A stretch of 64,000 nt of DNA from an uncultured Mollicutes bacterium (GCA_900540395.1 UQFQ01000002.1:6684-70683), one strand, 5' to 3'. Positions 26,282 through 35,445 are shown, counted from the stretch's first letter. Notes: generated by a model not told the origin, from the sequence alone. Program-made: numbers and translations.

Positions 26282-28039
26282 CTAATTCACCTTTAATGTA
26301 TACGAAGAATTTAAAGTGTAATATTTAATTCCTGGCTCAGAAGGTGTTTCTTGTAAACACCAGCCTGGATAACTGTAATCAGCATTCTGTATAATTCCAT
26401 ACTCATCAAAAACTATTAATAAAGAATTACTACTGTCTCGAATTTGGTAAGTATTAGCTTCATCATGATAGAAGTATTTTAAAGTGCTTTCTTCTTTTTT
26501 AGTTACCTCATCTATTAAAGCATTAATAGAAGAACCATCACAATTTAAATAGTTTGAATAAAAATTGCTAATCACTCCTTGAAGCATTTCTTTTGCTTGG
26601 TTTTTAGTATAGGTTTGGGTTTGGTCTTTGATATCAAGACTTTCTCCGTTTACTATAGTAGTTAAAGTGTAGTTATCTTCGCTTTGATTGTAAGTTAATT
26701 TATCAGTAGATGTATTAATGGTTTCTTCCTCAATGTAATAGATTTCGTTAGTTAACTCAAAAGAGTAGATTTCATTAATATAGGAATAATTTAAAGAGGT
26801 TTGCAGTGAAGTTGTTGTAGAACGTATATCATAAATATCTAATTCTAGACTTTCTAAGTTATCAAAAAACACTGAAGAAGAAATAAAGTTATTTTTATTT
26901 ATATCTTCTTTGTTTATTTCTATAAGATGGTTATTAGAAGATTGATTAGATAGATTTAAAGATACTGGAATTAAGATTGCAAGAAGTGCAACTAAAATTA
27001 CACCACCAACTATTAAACCTTTTGTTGAAAAAAGTTTAGATATTTTAATTTCTTCTTTATTGGAATCTTCTTTGTTATCACTATCATTTGATTCTGTAAC
27101 TGTATAAGTGGTTGAATCGCTCTCTTCTTTTGTCTCTTCTTCTTTAGAAGCGTCTTCATTAGATTCATCATTTGCTTCTTCAATTTGATCAACGTCGTTT
27201 TCTTTAATGTCTTTGTCATCTTCATCTTTATCTTTAGATGGCTCAGAAATTTTATTTTCTTCTATATTTCCTTCTTTTGTTGTTTCTTCTGTTTTATTTT
27301 CTTCTAAAGAAGAAGTGTCTGATTCGTTCTTAATTGAATCTTTTTCGCTTTTTTCACTTGATGATGTTTCTTCGCCTTTTTCTTCTTTTTCTACAATTTC
27401 AGCTTCTAGTGTTTCTAGTTTTTCACCTTTTATTTCAGCTTTATTAGTTGCTTTAATTTCGCCATCTATTATTTCAGGATTATCAATAACTTCTTTAGAG
27501 TTTTCTTCTTTATCTACTAAAGAAACTCCATTTTCTTCAATAGTTGTAGGGACAGCGTTTTCTACAATTTTATCTTCGTTTTTAACTGAAATCTCTGCAA
27601 AACCCGAATCTTTTGTTGTGTTAGAAGATATTTGTTCTTCAACTTGAACTTCTTTTTTCTCTTCTTTTAAAGGGAGTTCGATTACAGAAGAAGTGGTTTG
27701 AGTTTCTTGGACTTCTTTTTTATTTTCATCTTTTTTCTTACTAGTAGAAGGAGTTTTCCTCTTTGAGCTAGTTTTAGATTTTGTGTTCTTTTTCTTAGAT
27801 GAAGAAGTGGTTTTCTTTTTTGAAGAAGTTGCTTTTTTCTTTGTTGATTTAGAAGATTTATTGCTACTTGTTTTCTTTTTAGTAGAAGTAGTCTTTTTCT
27901 TCTCTTCCATACTATCTTTTTTCTCGTTAGTAAAATCTATTTCTTTAAATTGATCGCCATCAACAAAAACTTTGGTGGAGCCTTCATCTTCACCAACGAC
28001 TTCTTCAATGATAATTTTAGTTCTTCTAACTTTAGCCAT
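26282..28039 (-). CDS. Single-pass membrane protein with a low-complexity basic (K/S/T) then acidic (E/D/K) cytoplasmic region and a ~230-aa external domain
   Basis: The 585-aa ORF has a KKKTTSTKKKTSSNKSSKSTKKK.. tract, then E/D-rich tracts, then the TM LIVGGVILVALLAILIPVSL. Confidence 0.55.
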   Translation of the reverse strand: MAKVRRTKIIIEEVVGEDEGSTKVFVDGDQFKEIDFTNEKKDSMEEKKKTTSTKKKTSSNKSSKSTKKKATSSKKKTTSSSKKKNTKSKTSSKRKTPSTSKKKDENKKEVQETQTTSSVIELPLKEEKKEVQVEEQISSNTTKDSGFAEISVKNEDKIVENAVPTTIEENGVSLVDKEENSKEVIDNPEIIDGEIKATNKAEIKGEKLETLEAEIVEKEEKGEETSSSEKSEKDSIKNESDTSSLEENKTEETTKEGNIEENKISEPSKDKDEDDKDIKENDVDQIEEANDESNEDASKEEETKEESDSTTYTVTESNDSDNKEDSNKEEIKISKLFSTKGLIVGGVILVALLAILIPVSLNLSNQSSNNHLIEINKEDINKNNFISSSVFFDNLESLELDIYDIRSTTTSLQTSLNYSYINEIYSFELTNEIYYIEEETINTSTDKLTYNQSEDNYTLTTIVNGESLDIKDQTQTYTKNQAKEMLQGVISNFYSNYLNCDGSSINALIDEVTKKEESTLKYFYHDEANTYQIRDSSNSLLIVFDEYGIIQNADYSYPGWCLQETPSEPGIKYYTLNSSYTLKVN

Positions 28040-28176
28040 AACGACCTGCTAAAAGTATTATAGCCTATTTTTAAGATTCATTCATTAAGTATATTTAGAC
28101 AACAAAGTACAAAAATAGTCGAAAGTCTTCACTAATTTTTTACTTTAGACTTTTAAATCTTTATAATTATAGATAT

Positions 28177-29490
28177 ATGGATTACCAATTGATTGTTACA
28201 TGGATTGATATCGCACTGGTATTAGCCTTTCTTTTTTTCTCGTGCTTTCTTTGGTATTACTTTTTGTATTTTGCTGTAGCTTGTAAAAAGCCAAGAGTAC
28301 TCCCTAAAGCTAAAAAGTACACCAAGTTTGCAATATTAATTCCAGCTCGAAACGAATCTAATGTTATTCGTAATATTTTAAATGCTTGTAAGAAACTAGA
28401 TTATCCAAGAGAATATTTTGATGTTTATGTAATTATTGAAGATGAAAAAGATCCAACCAATGAAATAGTTAAAGAATTTGGTTTTAATGTTGTAATAAGA
28501 GGTGATTTAACAAATCGTAAAACCAAAGGCTTTGCTTTAGATGATGCCTATCAAGAAATTAAAAAAAGAGGCCTGATTTACGACGCTTTTATGATATTTG
28601 ACGCAGATAATGTCATGAATTCAGATTATTTAATACTGATGAATGATGTCTATCAAGCTGGTTATCAAGTTGGTGTTGGCTATCGTAGTTTTACTAACGC
28701 TACTAAAAACTGGGTTTGTGGATGTAGTGCAACTTTATTCTCATTTATGAATCAATTTACATCAAGAGGAAGAAGTTTCTTTTTTGAAAAAGCAACACTA
28801 ACTGGAACGGGTTACTTTTTAGCAAGAGAAATCGTTGATAATGAAGGTGGATGGATTTGGAATGGAATGACGGAAGATGTAGAACTTACTACTTATTGTT
28901 ATTACCATAACATTAAAATGCATTATTATCCTTATGCTAAGTATTTTGATGAACAACCTGATAGATTTAAAACTTTAAATCGTCAACATGTTCGTTGGCT
29001 TTGGGGGTTCTTTGCTTCTAAAAAAAGATTTAAAGTCCAAACTCATGTTTACCCAGAAAAAAGTAAAGTTAAAAGATTTTTCTCCTTACTTGAATATAGC
29101 ACCTCAATTTATCCTTTTGTTATCTTTTCAGTAATTTGTCTATTAACTTTTATTGCTTCTCTTGGTTTATTTATTGCTAGTTTCGTTAATGCTAGTGAAC
29201 AATCGGGCTGGCTATTTGCTCATGCCTTATTCCAATTTTCAATTCTTTATTTAATATTTATCTTTATTAGTGCATTTACTTTAGCAATTGATAATAAAAA
29301 CTTAAAATTCTCGACTTCTCAATGTATTGTTATTTGTTTGACCTATTTAGCCTTCTTTTCTTCTTTCTTATTAGCTTTATTTGATGGTTTATTCCACAAA
29401 AGCAAAAGAACAAATTGGGTTAAAATTGAACATAAAGGTGATATTATAGACGAGCAAGCTTTGGAGAGTGAAAATGACGAAAGAAAGTAA
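28177..29490 (+). CDS. Membrane-embedded processive family-2 glycosyltransferase (synthase type)
   Basis: It has an N-terminal TM, then the motifs IPARNE, FDADN (DxD), GMTEDVELT (TED) and RQHVRW (QxxRW), then 3-4 C-terminal TM helices. Confidence 0.8.
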   Translation: MDYQLIVTWIDIALVLAFLFFSCFLWYYFLYFAVACKKPRVLPKAKKYTKFAILIPARNESNVIRNILNACKKLDYPREYFDVYVIIEDEKDPTNEIVKEFGFNVVIRGDLTNRKTKGFALDDAYQEIKKRGLIYDAFMIFDADNVMNSDYLILMNDVYQAGYQVGVGYRSFTNATKNWVCGCSATLFSFMNQFTSRGRSFFFEKATLTGTGYFLAREIVDNEGGWIWNGMTEDVELTTYCYYHNIKMHYYPYAKYFDEQPDRFKTLNRQHVRWLWGFFASKKRFKVQTHVYPEKSKVKRFFSLLEYSTSIYPFVIFSVICLLTFIASLGLFIASFVNASEQSGWLFAHALFQFSILYLIFIFISAFTLAIDNKNLKFSTSQCIVICLTYLAFFSSFLLALFDGLFHKSKRTNWVKIEHKGDIIDEQALESENDERK

Positions 29491-30286
29491 AGGACACACT
29501 TTTTATTACACAGACGAATTAACTGACGACTTTGAAAAAACTAAAACCTTAAAAAGAATTGATTTACCAAAAGATTATAAATATATTCATAGAAATATCT
29601 TTTTTAGAATATATGCTTTTTTACTTTTTTGGTGTATAGCTAAACCAGTTTTACATTTAATTGTCTTTTTTGCTGGAATTAAAGTTAAAGGTAGAAAAAA
29701 CATAAAAGAAGTTAAAAAAAGATGTGGAAGTGGCTATATTTACATGAATCATACTTCTTTTTGGGATGCGGTAGTTAATCAAGTTATAACCGTAACTTTT
29801 AGAAGAAGTAATATAATTGGTTATACTGATGCTTTAACTTTACCTCGATTTGTTCGCTTTTTAGTTTATGGTTTAGGTTATTTACCTCTTCCTTCTTCAC
29901 TTAGTGATTATCGTAAATTTGATGAAGCCTTAAAATATTATTCTAATAAAAAGCGCTTTACAATTATCTTCCCAGAAGCTCATATTTGGCCTTATTACAC
30001 TAAGATTAGACCATTTATTGCTACTTCCTTTAAATATCCTGCAAAGCTTAATGTACCGGCAATTCCAGTGGTAACTTGCTATACTAAAAGACGCTTTTCA
30101 GATAAACCTAAGCCAACTGTCTATGTTGGTGAACCAGTTTATCCAAAAGCTGAGTTATCATTAAATGAAAATAAAGACTATATGAGAAATGAATGCTATA
30201 AAAGAATGTGTGAATTAGCCGAGAAATATTCTACATATAGTTACTATAATTATGTGAAGGTTGAAAAAGATGAAGAAAGCAAGTAA
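29474..30286 (+). CDS. PlsC/LPLAT-family acyltransferase
   Basis: It has the HX4D motif NHTSFWD and an FPEAH block. GGAGAG lies upstream of ATG 29474. It overlaps the GT2 stop by 17 nt. Confidence 0.7.
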   Translation: MTKESKGHTFYYTDELTDDFEKTKTLKRIDLPKDYKYIHRNIFFRIYAFLLFWCIAKPVLHLIVFFAGIKVKGRKNIKEVKKRCGSGYIYMNHTSFWDAVVNQVITVTFRRSNIIGYTDALTLPRFVRFLVYGLGYLPLPSSLSDYRKFDEALKYYSNKKRFTIIFPEAHIWPYYTKIRPFIATSFKYPAKLNVPAIPVVTCYTKRRFSDKPKPTVYVGEPVYPKAELSLNENKDYMRNECYKRMCELAEKYSTYSYYNYVKVEKDEESK

Positions 30287-31043
30287 GTATAAAAATAAAT
30301 ATGTTATTGGGAGAAGCTTTTATTCTCATTTAGCTTTTTATATTGTTATTACAATTTTTATTTTAACTGTTTTAGCTTTTGCAATTACATCTTTTGCCTA
30401 CTTTTTAGGTATTCCTCTAGGTGATTTTCCAGAAGATGCTTGTGTTGCTAATAGTCCTAACTTTAATGTTTTCTATTGTTTAGTAATTTATGGGAAAGAT
30501 TCTCGTTTTTATGATCTTTTATACTATTTCTTTATTATATTAATTATTGTTTCTATATTAGCTTTAATCATTTTAAATGTTATTTATATTGTTAATCGTT
30601 TCTATTTTGTTCGACTTGTTAAAGAAAAGAGTTGTGGTGCTGTAATTTATAAAGTTGAAAATGAGAAAGTTTATTACCTGCTTTTAAAAATGAATTATGG
30701 ACATACTTCATTATGCAAAGGCCATCAAGAAGAAGGTGAAAGCGATGAAGAAACCGCTATAAGAGAAATCAAAGAAGAAACAAGTTTAGATGTTAAGCTT
30801 GATACAAGTTTTAAAACTAAAATTACTTATTCACCAAATGAATTATCGTTAAAAGATGTTTATTTCTTTTTAGCAACTCCAGTTGACTCTTCATTAACAC
30901 CAAAAGATGACCATGATGAAGAAGTGGCTTCTTTTGAATGGTGTGATTATGAAGAAGCTCTATTTAAAATAACTTATGATAGCGATCGTAATGTAGTCAA
31001 AAAAGCCGAAGCTCACATTAAAAGATATCGTGGATTAGAATAA
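30270..31043 (+). CDS. NUDIX hydrolase (Ap4A-hydrolase-like core) fused to an N-terminal multi-TM anchor
   Basis: About 110 aa of hydrophobic helices precede CGAVIYK...KGHQEEGESDEETAIREIKEETSL (NUDIX box). It overlaps the acyltransferase stop by 17 nt. Confidence 0.7.
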   Translation: MKKASKYKNKYVIGRSFYSHLAFYIVITIFILTVLAFAITSFAYFLGIPLGDFPEDACVANSPNFNVFYCLVIYGKDSRFYDLLYYFFIILIIVSILALIILNVIYIVNRFYFVRLVKEKSCGAVIYKVENEKVYYLLLKMNYGHTSLCKGHQEEGESDEETAIREIKEETSLDVKLDTSFKTKITYSPNELSLKDVYFFLATPVDSSLTPKDDHDEEVASFEWCDYEEALFKITYDSDRNVVKKAEAHIKRYRGLE

Positions 31044-31566
31044 ATAGGTAATACTTATCCTTAAATTCTTTTTACTATTTATTATTTAAATAAGTTATTT
31101 TCTTTGATTATAAATAGTAAGGAATAAATAGATAAAATATCATTTAACTAAAATAGTAAAATTTACAAAAATAAGCTGCTTTTGCAAAGATATTATGTAA
31201 AATTCGAGGTGTAAACTCTAAAGCTCAAGGCTATTTTCATTAAGAAGAAATTCTTGAAGAATTAAAATCAAATATCCTTTTTCATTTCTACTTGGTTTAA
31301 TACTTTCAGAGGCAATTTTAATAATTTTTCTGGTTATAGGAAAGATTGCTTAATTACAAAAAAAGATATATTGTATCTTCTAATTTCTGGCATCTTTAAT
31401 TAATCTGTTGAACTCTAGTTATTAATTAACATAAAGATTTAATTCTTTTTATAAACGTTAGTAATAATTGTTGTGAGAAGATTAGAGAAGTATTTAGACA
31501 CAGTGAGTGTTTAGATACCTCTTTTTCTTTTTAAAAATGCAGAGCGTAAAGAGTATAAAAAACTTT

Positions 31567-31625
31567 TTACTAGCGTATGATAATAAAAAGTTTATATTTA
31601 ACTTCTTACTAGCGTACGCTATAAT
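31567..31625 (+). promoter_or_regulatory. Two TTACTAGCGTA direct repeats; the second forms the perfect 12-bp palindrome TAGCGTACGCTA overlapping a TATAAT box
   Basis: The repeats are at 31567-31577 and 31606-31616. The palindrome is at 31610-31621 and TATAAT at 31620-31625. This lies about 25 nt upstream of the HTH-DUF3990 gene's SD. Confidence 0.6.
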
Positions 31626-31650
31626 AAAGTGGTGAGGTGATATTGAATCT

Positions 31651-32508
31651 ATGGTGAATTATAGAATAGATGAGGATGTTAAATTAATTAGAGAAATACT
31701 TAATTTATCTCAAAAACAATTTGCTGAAAAAATAGATGTTGATGCGATTACGGTAGCAAGATGGGAAACTGGCAAAATGGATACAAATGAAAATAATATC
31801 GAAAAAATATATACTTTTGCATTAAATAATAATATCTTTATAAATGAGATTAAAGCACAACTTTATTATGAAGATTTAGCAAATGAGAATAAATTAGTAT
31901 TATACCATGGCGCCAAGAACATTATAGAGGGTAATATTGATATTGAGCATTCAAAAAACAATAATGATTTTGGTAAAGGATTTTACTGCGGTGAAAGTTT
32001 TGAGCAGTCATCCTTATTTGTAAGTGGATTTGATACATCTAGCGTTTATATATTAAGTTTTAATCCACAAAACCTTTCTAGCATTGAATATAAAGTCAAT
32101 AAAGAATGGATGCTGACAATAGCATATTTTAGAGGAAGGCTTAGTGGCTATGAAGATCATCCGATTATCAAAAAGTTAATTAACAAATTAGAAGACATAG
32201 ATTATTTAGTAGCACCAATCGCTGATAACAGGATGTTTAGAATTATAGATAGTTTTATTGAAGGTGAAATTACTGATGAACAATGTATACATTGTTTGGC
32301 AGCTACTAATTTAGGATTTCAATATGTTTTTAAAACAGAGAGAGCGTTGAGTCAGGTAAAAATTGTTGAAAGATGCTATTTATGTAGTAAAGAAAAAGAA
32401 AAGTATCAAATCAAAAGATTAGAGGATAGTAAAGTTGGAGATACTAAAATTAAAATGGCTCGAAGACAGTATAGGGGGCAAGGTCAATATATTGACGAAA
32501 TATTATGA
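31651..32508 (+). CDS. XRE-type HTH fused to a DUF3990-like domain
   Basis: The N-terminus LNLSQKQFAEKIDVDAITVARWETGK is an HTH_3. The core LVLYHGAKN...NNDFGKGFYCGESFEQS fits my memory of the DUF3990 motif (YHG...FGxGFY). Confidence 0.65.
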   Translation: MVNYRIDEDVKLIREILNLSQKQFAEKIDVDAITVARWETGKMDTNENNIEKIYTFALNNNIFINEIKAQLYYEDLANENKLVLYHGAKNIIEGNIDIEHSKNNNDFGKGFYCGESFEQSSLFVSGFDTSSVYILSFNPQNLSSIEYKVNKEWMLTIAYFRGRLSGYEDHPIIKKLINKLEDIDYLVAPIADNRMFRIIDSFIEGEITDEQCIHCLAATNLGFQYVFKTERALSQVKIVERCYLCSKEKEKYQIKRLEDSKVGDTKIKMARRQYRGQGQYIDEIL

Positions 32509-33002
32509 AAAGAGAAATGGATCAAGTAGGTTTGTTACTATGTGATATACAAGGTAAAATTTTTGAACAATCTGTGACTAGAGAAGAATGTAGTTCAAAT
32601 ATATTTATCCGCCGATTTATGAATTCTAAATTTGTTTCTAGAATAGATAATTTAACCTTTATAAACGAAAGCATGACAATTGAAGAAATTTTTGAAGAAC
32701 TTGATATAGAATATGGTAAAACCAATTATGGAAAAATAAAGTTTTCAATTAATGAGATGTATTGGATAGGGTATATTTATAGATATCTATCATATGTTTA
32801 TCAAATTGATAGTAAAAATGCTTATAAGATTATAAAAGGTACAGAGCTTAGGCATTTGTTCTTTGCATATCATTCCCTAGATCCAATGAATGCAATAGAT
32901 AGGATCTTAGAAGCAAAATCATTAGTATTAGATAAAGATAGTGACCAATTGACTAAAGAGGGGGTAAAAATACTCAGAAGAATAAAAAGATTGAAGAATT
33001 AA
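32505..33002 (+). CDS. DUF3791-like protein
   Basis: Its ATGA overlaps the upstream gene. The size, helical sequence and usual DUF3990-DUF3791 gene pairing all fit. Confidence 0.5.
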   Translation: MKREMDQVGLLLCDIQGKIFEQSVTREECSSNIFIRRFMNSKFVSRIDNLTFINESMTIEEIFEELDIEYGKTNYGKIKFSINEMYWIGYIYRYLSYVYQIDSKNAYKIIKGTELRHLFFAYHSLDPMNAIDRILEAKSLVLDKDSDQLTKEGVKILRRIKRLKN

Positions 33003-33328
33003 GTGTTGTATAAATTATTTTGATAACTATTTGAGTTGTTCTGAAAAGTTTTGGCAATGCAACACGTATGCAACAAAACCACTCTAAAATGCCTATTTTA
33101 TCGTACCTAGGAGTTCTCAAAACGATAATTTTTTTCCACTGAAAATTTTGTTGCATTTGCATAGATATTTTAAGTAAGACAAGCCGATATTATAGAATTT
33201 TACTCAAATTTAGTTATTTTCACTGAAAATTTTGTTGCATATGCACTAAAATTTTCAGTAGAGATTATTGGAAATTTTACAAAAAAGTGCCACCAAGAAG
33301 TGACACAAAATATTTATATTACAAAAGT

Positions 33329-33403
33329 GGTGCCGGCTAGAGGATTCGGACCTCCGACCTACTCATTACGAATGAGTTGCTCTACCAACTAAGCTAAGCC
33401 GGC
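33329..33403 (-). tRNA. tRNA-Thr (anticodon CGU)
   Basis: The reverse complement is GCCGGCTTAGCTTAGTTGGTAGAGCAACTCATTCGTAATGAGTAGGTCGGAGGTCCGAATCCTCTAGCCGGCACCA. The acceptor is GCCGGCT/AGCCGGC and the anticodon stem ACTCA/TGAGT with loop TTCGTAA. Confidence 0.9.
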
Positions 33404-33542
33404 GCTTTTTTATTATATCAAAAAAGAGAAGATTGATTATAGAGATTTTATATCTATATTAGACTTGTTTAATTTTCAAAATTGTCTATGATAGTTTCAT
33501 TAGCTAAGTCTCTTAAATAGGCTTTTTTAGTGGAGTTTAACT

Positions 33543-34562
33543 ATGGAAGAAAAAGAAGTAAACTTAAAAGAAACTGAACCAAAAGAAGAAGTAACTCTAG
33601 AAAAGTATAATGGAAAAAGTTGGTTTAAATCGGCTTTTACAGGGTTATTACTTGGATTAGCAGTAATTTTACCAGGAATAAGCGGATCAACAATTGCAAT
33701 TTTATTTAAACTTTATGACAAAATCTTATATGCAGTTAGCAATATATTTAAAAGATTTAAAGGATGTTTTTTATTTCTTTTACCGATTATTATAGGTGCC
33801 ATAATTGGCTTTGTAGTTGGATTTTTTGTTGTTCAATCAGTGATTGAAGATTTTACCTTTATTGTTGTTTGTATTTTTGGTGGATTGATGCTAGGAGCAG
33901 CTCCAGAAATATATCAAGTTATTAAAAAAGAAAAAGTGACTCCTATTAGAATTACTTTGGCTTTAATTGGTCTTGCTTTTCCAGTTGTTTTAAGTGCTAG
34001 CCTTGCTAACATCCCTGAACTTGATATTTCTTCAACCTTTGAAGCTTTCCCTTGGTGGATTCATATTGTCGGATTTTTAATTGGAGCTGTTATATCTTTA
34101 ACTCAAATTATTCCTGGTTTATCAGCCACAGTCTTATTAATGTCGATAGGATTTTTTAAGCCAATGATGGGAGCAGTGCATTTAAATGTTTTGCTTGATC
34201 AACCTCAATGGATATTATTTTTCTTTTTATTTGTGGTTGGTTTTGCTGTTGGTTTTTTTGGACTAAGTAAATTAATGTCTTTCTTTTTTAAGAAGTGTCA
34301 TACAAATATGTATTTCTTAATTACAGGATTAACTTTTGGCTCTGTTATTTCTGTTTTTTATAACAAAGATGTTAGTAATGTTTATACAACTATTTGGCCT
34401 AGTGATGGTGGAAAGATGGCAATAGATTTAGGAGTAGGACTACCACTTTTTATTGTTTGTACTGTTTTAGCATATTTACTTGTTATTTATATGAGAAAAA
34501 AGAAAGCTAAAGAAGTAGTCTCTAATATCGAAGAAAAGACCGATATTGATAACAATAAATAG
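33543..34562 (+). CDS. DUF368-family membrane protein (family recently linked to undecaprenyl-phosphate recycling)
   Basis: It carries the two hallmark motifs LPGISGSTIAILF and IPGLSATVLLM in a protein of about 9 TM segments. Confidence 0.75.
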   Translation: MEEKEVNLKETEPKEEVTLEKYNGKSWFKSAFTGLLLGLAVILPGISGSTIAILFKLYDKILYAVSNIFKRFKGCFLFLLPIIIGAIIGFVVGFFVVQSVIEDFTFIVVCIFGGLMLGAAPEIYQVIKKEKVTPIRITLALIGLAFPVVLSASLANIPELDISSTFEAFPWWIHIVGFLIGAVISLTQIIPGLSATVLLMSIGFFKPMMGAVHLNVLLDQPQWILFFFLFVVGFAVGFFGLSKLMSFFFKKCHTNMYFLITGLTFGSVISVFYNKDVSNVYTTIWPSDGGKMAIDLGVGLPLFIVCTVLAYLLVIYMRKKKAKEVVSNIEEKTDIDNNK

Positions 34563-34752
34563 AAATTATAATACCTATTTAAAGAAAAACTTTGCAAAAG
34601 TCTGCTTTTTAACTTATTTATTGAAGTTTCTATTATATTTTGGCTTAATTTTTTGAAAAAATAAGAAATTTATTCAAAAATTCTGCAAATCTTAAATATT
34701 CGGTATAATTTATCTAGTAGTTATCATATAATTATAAAGAAGGAGACAACTT

Positions 34753-34860
34753 ATGTTATTTCCTCGAAATTGGCTTTGTGTTGACTGCTTGGAGTGGAAT
34801 GGAATACTTAGTTATTCTTGTTGTTATATTGGTGGTTTTGTTATTACTAGTTGGAAGTAA
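34753..34860 (+). CDS. Candidate 35-aa Cys/Trp-rich small ORF (MLFPRNWLCVDCLEWNGILSYSCCYIGGFVITSWK)
   Basis: It has the best SD in the region, GGAG at 34742-34745, 7 nt before the ATG. It is too short for the supplied track. Confidence 0.3.
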   Translation: MLFPRNWLCVDCLEWNGILSYSCCYIGGFVITSWK

Positions 34861-34882
34861 GAAAAAAGATTCAGAAGGCTAA
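34799..34882 (+). CDS. Candidate 27-aa hydrophobic peptide (MEYLVILVVILVVLLLLVGSKKKDSEG), type-I-toxin-like
   Basis: It overlaps the previous ORF in another frame. GGAG lies 4 nt upstream. Its 3' end sits inside a perfect 10-bp hairpin (34869-34893) that has a T-run only on the opposite strand. Confidence 0.3.
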   Translation: MEYLVILVVILVVLLLLVGSKKKDSEG

Positions 34883-35445
34883 CTTCTGAATCCCAAAGAC
34901 CATCTTTGTACTAAATACTAACACCATGTCTTAATGCAGTCAAGGCTTCAGAGCCTTTTCGATTGGAAAGAGATAGGAAAGATTAGTTCAAGATTAAAAT
35001 ATAAATGGCAAGAGTGTAATATGTATTTAAGAGAGCCTGTTGCCCACTTGATTTGATAGTATTGTTTATATATTTTAATTTAAAATTATTTTTAGTAAGT
35101 TAAAACTAGTGTGACTATTCTTCTTAGAAAAGCTGTGTAACTAAAATTACTTGTCTACGCTCTACAAATTAAGTGAAAATAATGTTTAAAAATTTAATAA
35201 TATATCAATCTCTATATACCTTTTTATACAACTTTGTGTATATTCTTATCATTAAAGAATAGAAAATGCTAAAATTATCAATAGATAAGAAGTAATTAAT
35301 CAAAAAGCAATATCGATTAACATAAATGTAATCTAATATTGAACATTGACTAGAACTTATTTGTTTAAAATTAAGTTTTGTTACAGGAATTTATCTAAGT
35401 TATTTTATTTTAATTACTATTTACTAATTTTAGAAAGGAGAAGAG

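Noticed and set aside
27013-27647. ORFs 27013-27225 (-) and 27207-27647 (+) inside or opposite the 585-aa gene
   Set aside because: They are mirror-image low-complexity translations (S/L/F-rich or K-rich) of the K/S/T/E-rich coding strand. There are no independent start signals.
34570-35445. Housekeeping ncRNA (SRP RNA, RNase P, tmRNA, 6S) in the 880-bp gap
   Set aside because: I could not find the conserved cores, such as the RNase P GAGGAAAGTCC-type motif, a tmRNA tRNA-like end or an SRP domain IV motif. I could not run covariance models, so this is only a by-eye rejection.
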